Below, piece by piece: positions 50,620 through 60,469 of a DNA stretch of 64,000 nucleotides. The stretch is from Verrucomicrobiota bacterium (GTDB lineage Bacteria > Verrucomicrobiota > Verrucomicrobiia > Limisphaerales > AAA164-E04). The position numbers and the translations under genes are program-made. The stretch lies in NCBI GenBank assembly GCA_047947115.1, contig CP170459.1, forward strand, positions 3,616,001 to 3,680,000, read 5' to 3'. The notes under the pieces were generated by a model. The model searched no databases, had not been told where the DNA came from, and worked only from the letters and a program-made list of their open reading frames with translations. Position 1 is the first letter of the stretch. The number at the start of each line of letters is the position of its first letter.

Positions 50620-53600
50620 CAAAAACGTATATGAATCAACAATGGCTCATCTGTATGGAACGATGGCAAATAGCCTTCCGAAGCTTGCTGTTCGCATTGA
50701 TCCCAAGTTTGTGTGGCATCTGCCATGCCGCCGAGCCCGTAGCCGATGCCGAACGTTTGCCAAGACTGAAACCAACCGAACTTGAACAGGTGATGGATAC
50801 CTTTGAGGTCAAGGAGGGGTTCGAGCTGGAGTTGGCGGCTGGGGAGCCTTTGGTGGTGGATCCGGTGGCCATGGATTTTGATGTTTTCGGACGTGCTTAT
50901 GTGGTGGAGATGATCGGTTATTCGGAGCGGCGTCCGGAACGTCTGGGACGGGTTCGTTTTTTGATCGATGAAGATCAGGACGGGATCTTTGATCACAGCC
51001 ATCTGTTTGCTCGGGACCTTCCTTGGCCCACAGCGCTTGTTTGTTATGACGGCGGAGTATTCGTTGGAGCAACGCCGGATATCTATTATCTCAAAGACAC
51101 CGATGGCGATGGTATTGCGGATCTGCGTCGAAAGGTGTTTACAGGTTTTGCGGCGGACAGCGCGCCTTACCGGGTGGATCAGCTCAACATGCAGGCCATG
51201 ATGAACTCCTTTCACTGGGGAGCGGATAATCGAATCCATGGCGCGACGGGATTGGTGGGCGGTCGGGTCTATTCACCGATGGTTCCGGGGCAGCAACCTG
51301 TCAATTTGCGTGGTCGTGATTTCTCTTTCGATCCGCGTTCGCTGGATATTCGTCCCGAAAGTGGCGGGGCTCAAAATGGGATGTCGTTTGATGCGAATGG
51401 TGAAAAGTTTGTGTGCAGCAACAGTGATCACCTGCAGCATGTGGTTTACGACGATGTGTATGCCGGAATCAATCCCTTGGCACCATCTCGTCTGGCGCGA
51501 ATCAGTATTGCCGAGGACGGCCCCGCCGCTCCCGTATTCCGGATCAGTCCGGATGAACCCTGGCGTGTGATCCGGACCAAGTGGCGCGTGGCTGGCGCCG
51601 TGGGAGGACCGGTGGAAGGAGGTGGAACTCCCTCGGGATATTTTACCGGAGCAACCGGAGCGACCATTTTTACGGGAGATGCCTGGGGGGATGAGTTTTC
51701 TGGTAGCGCGTTCACTGCGGATTGCGGGAGTAATCTGGTGCATCGCAAACAACTTTTCCGCAACGGTTACACCTGGACGGCGCGCCGGCCGGCGTCGGAA
51801 CAGGGGACGGAGTTTGTAAGGTCATCCGACAACTGGTTTCGTCCGGTGCAATTTGCCAATGGCCCGGATGGCAACCTTTACATTCTCGATATGTATCGGG
51901 AAGTGATCGAGCACCCATGGTCTATCCCGGCGGGGATCAAACAGTTTCTGGACCTCAACAGTGGAAATGATCGGGGACGAATCTATCGACTGAAAAGAAA
52001 GGGTGCCCAATTCTCCCAGCGCCCAATGCCTGGGCACCAGGAGACAGCCAATTTGATTCCCATGTTGGGGCATTCAAATACCTGGCATCGGATCACAGCG
52101 ACACGTTTGCTGTATGAACGACAGGACGCATCCCTTGTACCTGTTTTGCGTGATGTGATCAAACACTCAGATCGCCCTGACGCCCGGATGGATGCGTATC
52201 AAGTGCTGGATGGTTTGGGGGAATTGGGTGCTGACGATGTTTTGGATGGGCTGAGGGATGATTCGAGCAAAGTGCGCCTGGCCATGTTACGACGTGTGGG
52301 CCATATGGATCAGTTGCCCGTCAGTAGAGAGGCATGGCTTGGTGTCATGACTGATCTTGTATTGGATCGAGAAGCGCGCTTCCAGGCGATCCTGGCCCTG
52401 GCGCGGCATCCGGTTGCTTCAGGGGCCCAGGCTTCATTGTTGTGGCAGGCCATGGCGTTGGAAACCGAGGATAAACGCTGGCTGCAGTTCGCTGTCTTGC
52501 AGGCGATGGGGAACTGTCAGGCCGAGTTTCTCAATAAACTGATTGTCATGCGAGATACGGGTGCTTCGGTTTTTCATGATGCAGCGGCGTTCTATCGGAT
52601 GCTGGGAGCCTCGGGAGATAAAGAGCGGATTTCCCTGGGTTTTACTTGGCTGCAGATCAAGTCGGTGGGCCTGAGTGAAGTGGCGTTTCTAACATCCTTG
52701 GGAGAGGGTTTGAAGCTGTCAGGGCAGTCCTGGGGGACTGTTTTAAATGAGGGACTTTCCCAAAAAGCCAGGAACAAATACCAAGGTTGGTTGAGTCATT
52801 CCGGATTAACTCACAAACAATTGGCTCAACAAGTGATCGCATTGATGGGGCAATTCCTTTCCGCTGAGATCAAACAACAATGGTGGGAGTGGTTGGAGGC
52901 GGAAGCATGGTTGCCGTTGCATGCCGACTTGTTGGCAGCTTTGAAATCATCGTTGGATGACCAGGATCTCGAGAGGTTCTGGAGTGCCTGGCCGCATTGG
53001 TCGGCTCAATCGCGTCAAGTCGCCACCGCTCATTTGCTTTCCAAGCATGCGTGGACTGAGCGCTTTTTGCGTGAAGCCGAAGAAAAACCATATATGCTGG
53101 GTGATTTAACCTTTGCCCAGCGTCGCGGTTTGCTTGGCCACAAGGCCGCATCCATTCGAAGTTTGGCCGGGGAATTATTGACGCCGCATGAGTCTGTAGC
53201 CGACGAGTCGCTTACTGCCACATTCCTGCCTTCCCTGTTGTTGGAGGCAGATCTGGAGAATGGTCACCGATTGTTCATGGAACGTTGTGCCACTTGTCAT
53301 CGTGGCAACGGAGAGGGCTTCGCCGTGGGGCCTGATCTGGTCTCTGTGAAAACGTCCGGTAAACATCGATTATTGGATAGCATTTTGTTTCCTAACAAGG
53401 AGGCTCAGCCACAGTTCATGTCCTACCTTGTCAGTACCAAAGACGGTGAAGAATATGAAGGACTGGTAGGGCAGGAAACAGAATCCTCCATCACGCTGCG
53501 TCAGTCTGGTGGACTAAACGTCACTGTTTCTCGCGACAATGTTCAAATATTTCACGGTACAGGCAGGTCCTTGATGCCCGAGGGACTTTCGGCCGGTATG

Positions 53601-53654
53601 AATGTTCAGGACATGGCAGATTTGCTGGAGTTCATCGTTCGCTTAAAGCGCTAG
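50616..53654 (+). CDS. PVC-type heme-binding CxxCH protein (membrane-bound dehydrogenase-like propeller, HEAT repeats, cytochrome c)
   Basis: GFELELAAGEPLVVDPVAM, DTDGDG, WFRPV..GPDG, DRGRIYR, C-terminal CATCH..GPDL..SLMPEGL. Confidence 0.92.
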   Translation: MTKTYMNQQWLICMERWQIAFRSLLFALIPSLCGICHAAEPVADAERLPRLKPTELEQVMDTFEVKEGFELELAAGEPLVVDPVAMDFDVFGRAYVVEMIGYSERRPERLGRVRFLIDEDQDGIFDHSHLFARDLPWPTALVCYDGGVFVGATPDIYYLKDTDGDGIADLRRKVFTGFAADSAPYRVDQLNMQAMMNSFHWGADNRIHGATGLVGGRVYSPMVPGQQPVNLRGRDFSFDPRSLDIRPESGGAQNGMSFDANGEKFVCSNSDHLQHVVYDDVYAGINPLAPSRLARISIAEDGPAAPVFRISPDEPWRVIRTKWRVAGAVGGPVEGGGTPSGYFTGATGATIFTGDAWGDEFSGSAFTADCGSNLVHRKQLFRNGYTWTARRPASEQGTEFVRSSDNWFRPVQFANGPDGNLYILDMYREVIEHPWSIPAGIKQFLDLNSGNDRGRIYRLKRKGAQFSQRPMPGHQETANLIPMLGHSNTWHRITATRLLYERQDASLVPVLRDVIKHSDRPDARMDAYQVLDGLGELGADDVLDGLRDDSSKVRLAMLRRVGHMDQLPVSREAWLGVMTDLVLDREARFQAILALARHPVASGAQASLLWQAMALETEDKRWLQFAVLQAMGNCQAEFLNKLIVMRDTGASVFHDAAAFYRMLGASGDKERISLGFTWLQIKSVGLSEVAFLTSLGEGLKLSGQSWGTVLNEGLSQKARNKYQGWLSHSGLTHKQLAQQVIALMGQFLSAEIKQQWWEWLEAEAWLPLHADLLAALKSSLDDQDLERFWSAWPHWSAQSRQVATAHLLSKHAWTERFLREAEEKPYMLGDLTFAQRRGLLGHKAASIRSLAGELLTPHESVADESLTATFLPSLLLEADLENGHRLFMERCATCHRGNGEGFAVGPDLVSVKTSGKHRLLDSILFPNKEAQPQFMSYLVSTKDGEEYEGLVGQETESSITLRQSGGLNVTVSRDNVQIFHGTGRSLMPEGLSAGMNVQDMADLLEFIVRLKR

Positions 53655-53662
53655 CACTATTC

Positions 53663-54643
53663 ATGTCAGGCTCACCCAAACAGTTCAGGATTCTGGTCAT
53701 CACCGATATCCATTTTGCATGTGACCTTGAAAGAGCCAGGGGCGATTATGAATCCCGAACGGTATCCCATCCTTTGCTGAGATTTTTGCTTCGACAGTAC
53801 CGGTATTTCCTGTGGCGTCGTGATCCGTTTGGGTGGAATCATTATGTGCAACGGTTCATTGAACGTGCAGGGGAGGCAGATTGTATCATAGGTAATGGGG
53901 ATTACTGCTGTGATTCGGCCTTCATCGGAGTGGCTGATGATCCTTCTTTGCAGAGTTCAAAGGAATGTCTTGGCAGGATACGCAATGCATTTGGCGAAAA
54001 GTTTATCGGAATCATCGGGGATCATGACATAGGAAAAAAGAGCATGTTCGGGGGTTTTGGCGGCATGCATCTGGATAGTTGGGATCGTTGCCTGGAGGAA
54101 CTTGACCTGAAGCCCTTTTTTCAAGTGGAATTTGGCCGGCATGTGCTCATGGGATTGAATTCCACCTTGATCGGTTTGCCTTCGAACCTGGCAGACTGCG
54201 CCGCTGCTGATGCGAGTGCCTGGGAAATGCAACGCAACGCCCATCTGGAAACCATACGTGCGGCTTTGGGGAAATTGAGCAAAGATCAGCGTTTGCTTTT
54301 CTTTATACATGATCCATCCGCCTTGCCCCACCTCGCGAAATTTGGCTGGATGAGGGAACACTTTCATCGCCTGGATGGGACCTTTGTGGGTCATTTACAT
54401 TCCGAAATCATCATCAAGATGAGTCGAATGTTGGCCGGAATGCCACGTATTCACGGATTGGGGCATACTGCTTTGAAAATGTCCACGGCATTACAGAAAG
54501 CCCGGGAATGGAGACCCTTCAAGGTTCATCTTGTGCCTGCTCCGGGGGGGATTCAGATAAGCAGGCGTGGTGGCTTCGGTGAAATATTGATTCCGCCGGA
54601 CGGAACAGGGCGTGTTGGGTTTAAGGTGCATTCACTGGATTGA
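53663..54643 (+). CDS. calcineurin-like metallophosphoesterase
   Basis: TDIH, NGD, GDHD, IH, GHLH metal-binding motifs. Confidence 0.85.
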   Translation: MSGSPKQFRILVITDIHFACDLERARGDYESRTVSHPLLRFLLRQYRYFLWRRDPFGWNHYVQRFIERAGEADCIIGNGDYCCDSAFIGVADDPSLQSSKECLGRIRNAFGEKFIGIIGDHDIGKKSMFGGFGGMHLDSWDRCLEELDLKPFFQVEFGRHVLMGLNSTLIGLPSNLADCAAADASAWEMQRNAHLETIRAALGKLSKDQRLLFFIHDPSALPHLAKFGWMREHFHRLDGTFVGHLHSEIIIKMSRMLAGMPRIHGLGHTALKMSTALQKAREWRPFKVHLVPAPGGIQISRRGGFGEILIPPDGTGRVGFKVHSLD

Positions 54644-54647
54644 ATTG

Positions 54648-55556
54648 TCATCGTATATCAGGAGACGACAATACCCATTCGATCGCAGACGGTATGACTT
54701 GAATTTTTCCGTTGCTTGCCCGGGTGATTTCCCCGTCAAGATTCCACAGTGTAGGTTTGTCGGATTGAATTTCGAACTGTTCTATCTGTTTGTAAAACAC
54801 CTGAGGAAGTTCGATATGGTGACCTTTGTGGAGTTTGGAGAACAGGTGCAGCAGTAGCGATCTTCCGGCCTTCCGAAGATACAGAAGATCCATAAGTCCA
54901 TCGTTAAAGCTCGCCTTGGGGGAGAGGAACATGCCTTTTCCCACATATTTGGAGTTGCTGGCAACGATCAGTGAGTAGTCGGTCTCATCTTGTTCCTGTC
55001 CGATGATGAGATTGCCTCGTTGTGTCGGGTTTCGAAGTATTTCCAAGAGTCCGGCGATGTTGTAACGTTGCGTGCCCAGCCATCTCAAGGATTCTGCGCG
55101 ATGATTTCCGCTGGCAAACAAGCCCCATCCGCAAACATTGAAAACATACCTCGTTTGATTGTTCAGATCCGCTTTGAAGAGATCAACCGGACACCGTTGC
55201 CCATTCAGAAGCGTCACGATAGCTTGTGTGGGTGTGGTGATTCCGATGTCTTCCATGAACGAATTTCCGGTGCCTCCGGGAATGGATGCAACGGGCATCC
55301 GTTCACCCTGTGGCCGCTTCATCTGGCCGTTGATGATTTCATGCATCGTTCCGTCGCCTCCGATGCCACAAAGGGTGGTATCTGACTGGAAGGGAATGGT
55401 GGCGCTCAGTTGTTCGGCGTGCCCTTTTTTCGCCGTAACATGACGAATCACCTTCCAACGATGCTGCACCAAGTCCGTCTCAACATGGCTGGCCAGCTGG
55501 AGATTGTCGCCGACGCCTCCTTTTGGGTTGGTGATGAGATGGACGGTACGAGTCAT
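54648..55556 (-). CDS. diacylglycerol/sphingosine kinase family lipid kinase
   Basis: NPKGG, GGDGTMHEIING, IPGGTGNSF, DGLMD, DGE. Confidence 0.92.
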   Translation of the reverse strand: MTRTVHLITNPKGGVGDNLQLASHVETDLVQHRWKVIRHVTAKKGHAEQLSATIPFQSDTTLCGIGGDGTMHEIINGQMKRPQGERMPVASIPGGTGNSFMEDIGITTPTQAIVTLLNGQRCPVDLFKADLNNQTRYVFNVCGWGLFASGNHRAESLRWLGTQRYNIAGLLEILRNPTQRGNLIIGQEQDETDYSLIVASNSKYVGKGMFLSPKASFNDGLMDLLYLRKAGRSLLLHLFSKLHKGHHIELPQVFYKQIEQFEIQSDKPTLWNLDGEITRASNGKIQVIPSAIEWVLSSPDIR

Positions 55557-55648
55557 GCGGTTGCATGGTAGGAAAAGATGAGTTCTGGTGTCCAGAAAAG
55601 GTGTGGATTCATGATTGACTTGATCCCGCTGTGAGACACCATTTCCGC

Positions 55649-56284
55649 ATGAGTAAGAAAAACTCCGGAAGTATTTGGAAAATATTGTTGCTGATCGGTG
55701 TCGCCGCTTTGGTTGGAGCTGGCTATGTGCTGTATCAGAAACCTGAAGTTCAGGAGAAAGTGGAGGATGCACGCTGGATTTATGAGCACCGGGAGGCTGA
55801 CCTTTATCAAGGTATTGACTGGACCGACGGAGAAATCGTCAAGGTGCTCGATGGAAACTGGGTTTATGTCAAAATTAAAGAAGGATTCGTTTACGCCTTG
55901 CGCATACGTGGGCTGGAAGCGCCCACGCTGGCGGTTCGCTTGAGCGATGACACCCTCAAGCTGGGGCAGGCTTCCAAAAAGTTTCTCGAAGAACTTGCTC
56001 TCAAAAAGCCCATGCGATTTCAAGTGATTGACATGAGTGACCAGAGGTATGGCCATGGGTATATCGAGTTGAACGATGAATCGATTCTGTTTCCAATGAT
56101 CAAGGCTGGTATGGCTCGATTGAATCGATCAGAAATCACCCACTTTGACAACCAGACCCTACTTGACCTGTTCCAGACAGAACGAGAAGCTCAGAAATCC
56201 GGCGTTGGTATTTGGGAACCTTCCTTGCAAATCGACTGGACCGTCGGAGACTTCAGCCAAACGGAGCAAGCTCCCCAACTGTGA
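55649..56284 (+). CDS. membrane-anchored thermonuclease (SNase)-fold protein
   Basis: N-terminal TM; VKVLDG..LRIRGLEAP..GQASKKFLEEL..MIKAGMAR..EREAQKSGVGIW. Confidence 0.8.
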   Translation: MSKKNSGSIWKILLLIGVAALVGAGYVLYQKPEVQEKVEDARWIYEHREADLYQGIDWTDGEIVKVLDGNWVYVKIKEGFVYALRIRGLEAPTLAVRLSDDTLKLGQASKKFLEELALKKPMRFQVIDMSDQRYGHGYIELNDESILFPMIKAGMARLNRSEITHFDNQTLLDLFQTEREAQKSGVGIWEPSLQIDWTVGDFSQTEQAPQL

Positions 56285-56373
56285 TACCACCCGCAGTCCC
56301 TCGACAGAAGCGGTGCGCTTTTGCCAGCACAGACTCGTGGTGTTGTTGAACGTTTTTCTTCCTATTCATCATG

Positions 56374-56409
56374 AAAAAAATACCCGGAGCCTGTAAACAG
56401 GTTCCGGGT
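56374..56409 (-). terminator. rho-independent terminator after the PA14 protein gene
   Basis: acccggagcctg-taaa-caggttccgggt stem preceded by A7 (U-tract on the minus strand). Confidence 0.75.
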
Positions 56410-56430
56410 GCTTGGTCATGATTGGAATGC

Positions 56431-59043
56431 CTAATTGTCCCTTTGTACTCGATAGAACTTTTGTGCGCCATGAATGTCCGCCTGCCAGGAGGTCGAATTA
56501 CCTGATGCGCTGACGCCAGAGGCGACTTCAGACCAATTGCCCGATGCAATGTCATCTGATGACAGAATGGTGTATGAACCTCCGGAAACGCTGCTGAAGG
56601 TTAATTCAAACTGCCCGCCTGAGATCTGTGCGGAACCAAGCACTGGCGCCTCCAAAGGTTCTGGCTTACCTGTCTGAACCCCTTTCGCGTTGAAGACTCT
56701 CACGTTGTCAATAAAGACGTCCACATATCCGTCAAAACCTCCCTGTGAAACCAAGTTGATATTCGGCGCAGGGTCAGCCCAGTCAACGGATGCCAGATTG
56801 ACGGAGGTGGTTCGGCGCACTTCGCTGCCCACCCAGTTCGGGGTCAGACGTAGACCGGTCGCCGAAGGTAGGAACTGGAACCACGAGACCGCCGTATTTG
56901 GATCCGGAACGATGACGAAGTCGTAGCTCAATGTGTAGTGCACACGGTCTTCAGGAGCTATGCCCGCGATGATCGAATTGAAAGTGGCATTTTGAGATAG
57001 CTCCATGACGGCTACAGTGGTCCAACCTCCATCGTCGATTTCAATCCAGGCCGCTCCATCACCTTCCGAAATGCGTGGATCATCCGCGCCTTCTCGCGCG
57101 TAGTCATAAAGAGGGAATCCACCCTCGGTCAACAAAACCAGATCAGGGCCTTCCAATCCGTCGATCAAGGTTTCTTCAGGTGCATAACCCCTGGCATAGG
57201 TGTCAAGCAAACGGATGTTGTCAATATATAGTTTGCTTGCTTCGCTCAAATCTCCATTGAACCCGAAACCAATGGCAATGCGTCCGTCTTCGTTGGGCAC
57301 CAGATCATTTCCATTACGGACCGAATCAAATTCAATAAAGGCGGTCACGGGTTCGTCCCAGGTTCCATTTGCTTCGATCTGATCTCCATAAGTAGCGTCT
57401 CCGATCCAAACCGGGTTGTTTGCCCAGTTTCCGCCACCACTGCCAAAGGTGATGTCATACAGTAACCACCAGCGATGCGGGGCATCTTCGTTCCAGGCTT
57501 CTAGTAAAGTCGAGGAAGCCTCAGGACTAAGTAACACTTGGAAGTCCTGAACCCATCCGGACATGGTGTTGAAGGATACTTCCAGTGCCTTATCGCCGTC
57601 GGTAACTCCTGCAATGGTGCCGTCGGCTGTCAGATCCGCTACCTTGTATTCGGTCCGGTCGCCGTTCCAGAGGATCGCGGTATCCAGAATGGATTCGTTG
57701 TCGGCTTCTTCAAAGGATTCCAACAAAACGGTCGGTAAAACGACAGGCTCCTGTTTCACCAGGCTGGGGAGCGTGATGGGTTCTTCCAGAGGTTGGAATA
57801 TGAGGTTGGTCAACGGTGCTCCGTCCATGGTTAAATCAATGCTGGCTCCACCATGATCTCCCGCTTCACTTGTCCAGTCTCCGTTGAACCAGTTCACTTC
57901 GATTGGATATAGTCCGGCAGTGGTAAAAAAGGCGCTGCCATCCGGATTTGGTCCGGGTGCGCCGTGGCCGCCGTCGTTGTTTACGACTACCTGATTGCTG
58001 ATTCGAACGACGGATCCATCATCCGAAGCACTGGTGAAATCATGCTTTCCAGGGGTGTCGATTTGAATCAAACCTCTCAGCTGGATCATGCCGTCATCCA
58101 GATTGCCTTCCGTTCCGGAAAATGAACCGCTGTCACCAGCCAACCAATCCAGGATAGGTGTCAAATCATCGCCAGTGTAGCTAACGTTGGTCGAAACAAA
58201 GGTGCCTTGCGGATCGGAATTGATCATGAAGATGCCATGATCATCTCCCGGCACGGTTTGGAAAACCGGCCCTTGGGTGCCTTCGCCGAATTCAAACCCC
58301 TTGGGTTCCGTGGTCCAGTATTTGCCGGCCAAGCCTGCGTCACCCGATTCGGCAGATATAGCGGATACCCCGATTGCTGCGGCTCCGACATCTGAAGCGC
58401 TGTAGAGCAGGTCACCGGAAATGGCTTCACCATCGGCGAGGATATTCAGGCTGGCGCCACCGTGGTCTCCAGCATCACTGGTCCAGTCGCCATTGAACCA
58501 GGCGATTTCAATGGGATACAGGCCTGCTTGTTTGAAATCGAATGATCCATCCGGTGCATCGCCTGGAGCCCCGTGACGGCCATCGTTGTCGACCACACGT
58601 TCGCCGGCAATCCAGATGATGGAACCGTCGTCGGATTCACTGCGCAGGTCCATGATGCCCGGAGAATCCACACGCAGGTATCCGGTGAAACTCAATAATC
58701 CATCATCCATGTTGCCGTCCGCTCCGACATAAGACGCACCATCAGCCTGGAGCCAGTCTCGGACAGGAGTCAGGTCATTGCCACCTTGATAGCTCAAGCC
58801 GGTGGCAGTGAAAGTGCCGGTAGGGTGGGCTCCGCGAATGATCTTCAAGCCGATGTCCTTTTCACCGCCTTTGTCATCCAGGTTGTCGATGGTTGCGACA
58901 CCTGCGTGCCAGTAACGACCGTCCAGGCCGCTGCCCGTATCAGGTATTCCGTTGAGAGTGAGAATCTCCTGGGTGAGTACATTCGTTGACATGCACATGG
59001 ATAAACCGCATGTGGCGAACACACGAAAAAGGTTTCTGGACAT
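56431..59043 (-). CDS. secreted protein with two tandem PA14-like domains and C-terminal FYRV-type domain
   Basis: Signal peptide; duplicated GLxGxYW...SDDGS...VVxNDGxHG...GLYPIE units; acidic beta-rich middle; ends QKFYRVQRDN. Confidence 0.85.
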   Translation of the reverse strand: MSRNLFRVFATCGLSMCMSTNVLTQEILTLNGIPDTGSGLDGRYWHAGVATIDNLDDKGGEKDIGLKIIRGAHPTGTFTATGLSYQGGNDLTPVRDWLQADGASYVGADGNMDDGLLSFTGYLRVDSPGIMDLRSESDDGSIIWIAGERVVDNDGRHGAPGDAPDGSFDFKQAGLYPIEIAWFNGDWTSDAGDHGGASLNILADGEAISGDLLYSASDVGAAAIGVSAISAESGDAGLAGKYWTTEPKGFEFGEGTQGPVFQTVPGDDHGIFMINSDPQGTFVSTNVSYTGDDLTPILDWLAGDSGSFSGTEGNLDDGMIQLRGLIQIDTPGKHDFTSASDDGSVVRISNQVVVNNDGGHGAPGPNPDGSAFFTTAGLYPIEVNWFNGDWTSEAGDHGGASIDLTMDGAPLTNLIFQPLEEPITLPSLVKQEPVVLPTVLLESFEEADNESILDTAILWNGDRTEYKVADLTADGTIAGVTDGDKALEVSFNTMSGWVQDFQVLLSPEASSTLLEAWNEDAPHRWWLLYDITFGSGGGNWANNPVWIGDATYGDQIEANGTWDEPVTAFIEFDSVRNGNDLVPNEDGRIAIGFGFNGDLSEASKLYIDNIRLLDTYARGYAPEETLIDGLEGPDLVLLTEGGFPLYDYAREGADDPRISEGDGAAWIEIDDGGWTTVAVMELSQNATFNSIIAGIAPEDRVHYTLSYDFVIVPDPNTAVSWFQFLPSATGLRLTPNWVGSEVRRTTSVNLASVDWADPAPNINLVSQGGFDGYVDVFIDNVRVFNAKGVQTGKPEPLEAPVLGSAQISGGQFELTFSSVSGGSYTILSSDDIASGNWSEVASGVSASGNSTSWQADIHGAQKFYRVQRDN

Positions 59044-59103
59044 GCTGTATCTCGTAATCTTTCACATAAAAGTGTCAAGTCTATAGAGGTAAGGTTGATT
59101 GAG

Positions 59104-60381
59104 TCATATGAATGGCGTCACTCCGGGAACTGCGATGGGCGCATCGGGAGCATCGCCCCAGGCATAATTCGCAGGTGTCAGATCTTCCTTTGATTCCAGG
59201 GCCTGTTGCCAGGTGATTTCCTGTCCGGTGTATGTTGCCATGCGTCCCATGATGGCGAGCAGGGTGCTCATGGCCATGTATTCTCCATTGTTGATTGGTT
59301 CTCCTGCGCGGATGGCAGCAAACATTTCATCGTGCTCGGTTTGATAGACATTGTTGTCCTCGCCATCATAGATCCAACGATCTTTTCCGGTTGGTTCCAT
59401 GTAGATGCCACGACGACGTTCGTTGATATTTGCTTTTCCCCGGCTTCCGTATATCTGGGCGCTCATGTCATTTTTGCAACCGCGGATCTGACGTGTGTTG
59501 GACACGAGTCGTGCGCCATCTTCAAATTCATAGGTCACACTGTGATGATCGAAGATGTTTCCATATTTTTCTTCCTTCCGAACCTCGCGGCCTCCCATGC
59601 CGACCGCTTTCACCGGGTATCCACCTTTGGCCCAAGCACAGATGTCCAGGTAATGAACATGTTGTTCCACGTTGAAATCACCGGAGAGCCAGGTGTAGTA
59701 ATACCAGTTGCGCATTTGATAATGCATGTCGGTCCAGTCAGGTTGACGTTCTTTGTACCAGATGCCACTGCGATAATCGTTGGCGAACATGGTGTGAATG
59801 TCCCCGATTTCACCTCCATGAATGCGTCGCATGATTTCACGGAATCCATATCCATATCGCAGGCAGAGTCCGCTGACCACGCTCAGTTTTTTCCTTCTTG
59901 CTTCCTCGCACGATGCGAGCACCGAACGCACACCCGGTGCGTCCACAGCCACAGGCTTTTCGGCAAAAACGTGTTTGCCGGCAGCGATGGCGGCTTTCAA
60001 ATGAGCCGGCCGGAAATGCGGTGGTGTCGTTAGAATCACGCTGTCGACATCGCTGGCCAACACCTGTTCAAAGGCGTTCCATCCGACGAATTGGTGATCC
60101 GGCTTGACCTTGACCTTTTCTGCGACCGCGGACGTTTTGGTGAGCGTGTTCAGGCTGGTTTCCAAGCGGTCCGCAAACATGTCGCCCATGGCGACCAGTT
60201 CAACGTTGTTGTCTGCTTGAAGAGCCTGGGCGGCTGCGCCGGAGCCTCGTCCGCCGCAACCAATCAGGCCGACCCTGATTTTCTCGTTGCCCGCAGCATG
60301 CACGGCAAGGGGAGCGATCGCAGCAGCAAGAGTGGTTTGTTTCAAGAATTCCCGACGATTGGTTGGATTGGATGGATTCAT
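59104..60381 (-). CDS. Gfo/Idh/MocA family oxidoreductase (Tat signal)
   Basis: NRREFL, GLIGCGGRG, TPPHFR, GKHVFAEKP, EQHVH. Confidence 0.93.
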   Translation of the reverse strand: MNPSNPTNRREFLKQTTLAAAIAPLAVHAAGNEKIRVGLIGCGGRGSGAAAQALQADNNVELVAMGDMFADRLETSLNTLTKTSAVAEKVKVKPDHQFVGWNAFEQVLASDVDSVILTTPPHFRPAHLKAAIAAGKHVFAEKPVAVDAPGVRSVLASCEEARRKKLSVVSGLCLRYGYGFREIMRRIHGGEIGDIHTMFANDYRSGIWYKERQPDWTDMHYQMRNWYYYTWLSGDFNVEQHVHYLDICAWAKGGYPVKAVGMGGREVRKEEKYGNIFDHHSVTYEFEDGARLVSNTRQIRGCKNDMSAQIYGSRGKANINERRRGIYMEPTGKDRWIYDGEDNNVYQTEHDEMFAAIRAGEPINNGEYMAMSTLLAIMGRMATYTGQEITWQQALESKEDLTPANYAWGDAPDAPIAVPGVTPFI

Positions 60382-60469
60382 GAAAAAGGATGTTGATGGT
60401 TTTCGCGGGCAAGTCAATCATCAAGGAAATCGTCGTGACATGACCTTCCCAGCCGCTAAACTTTTTCTT

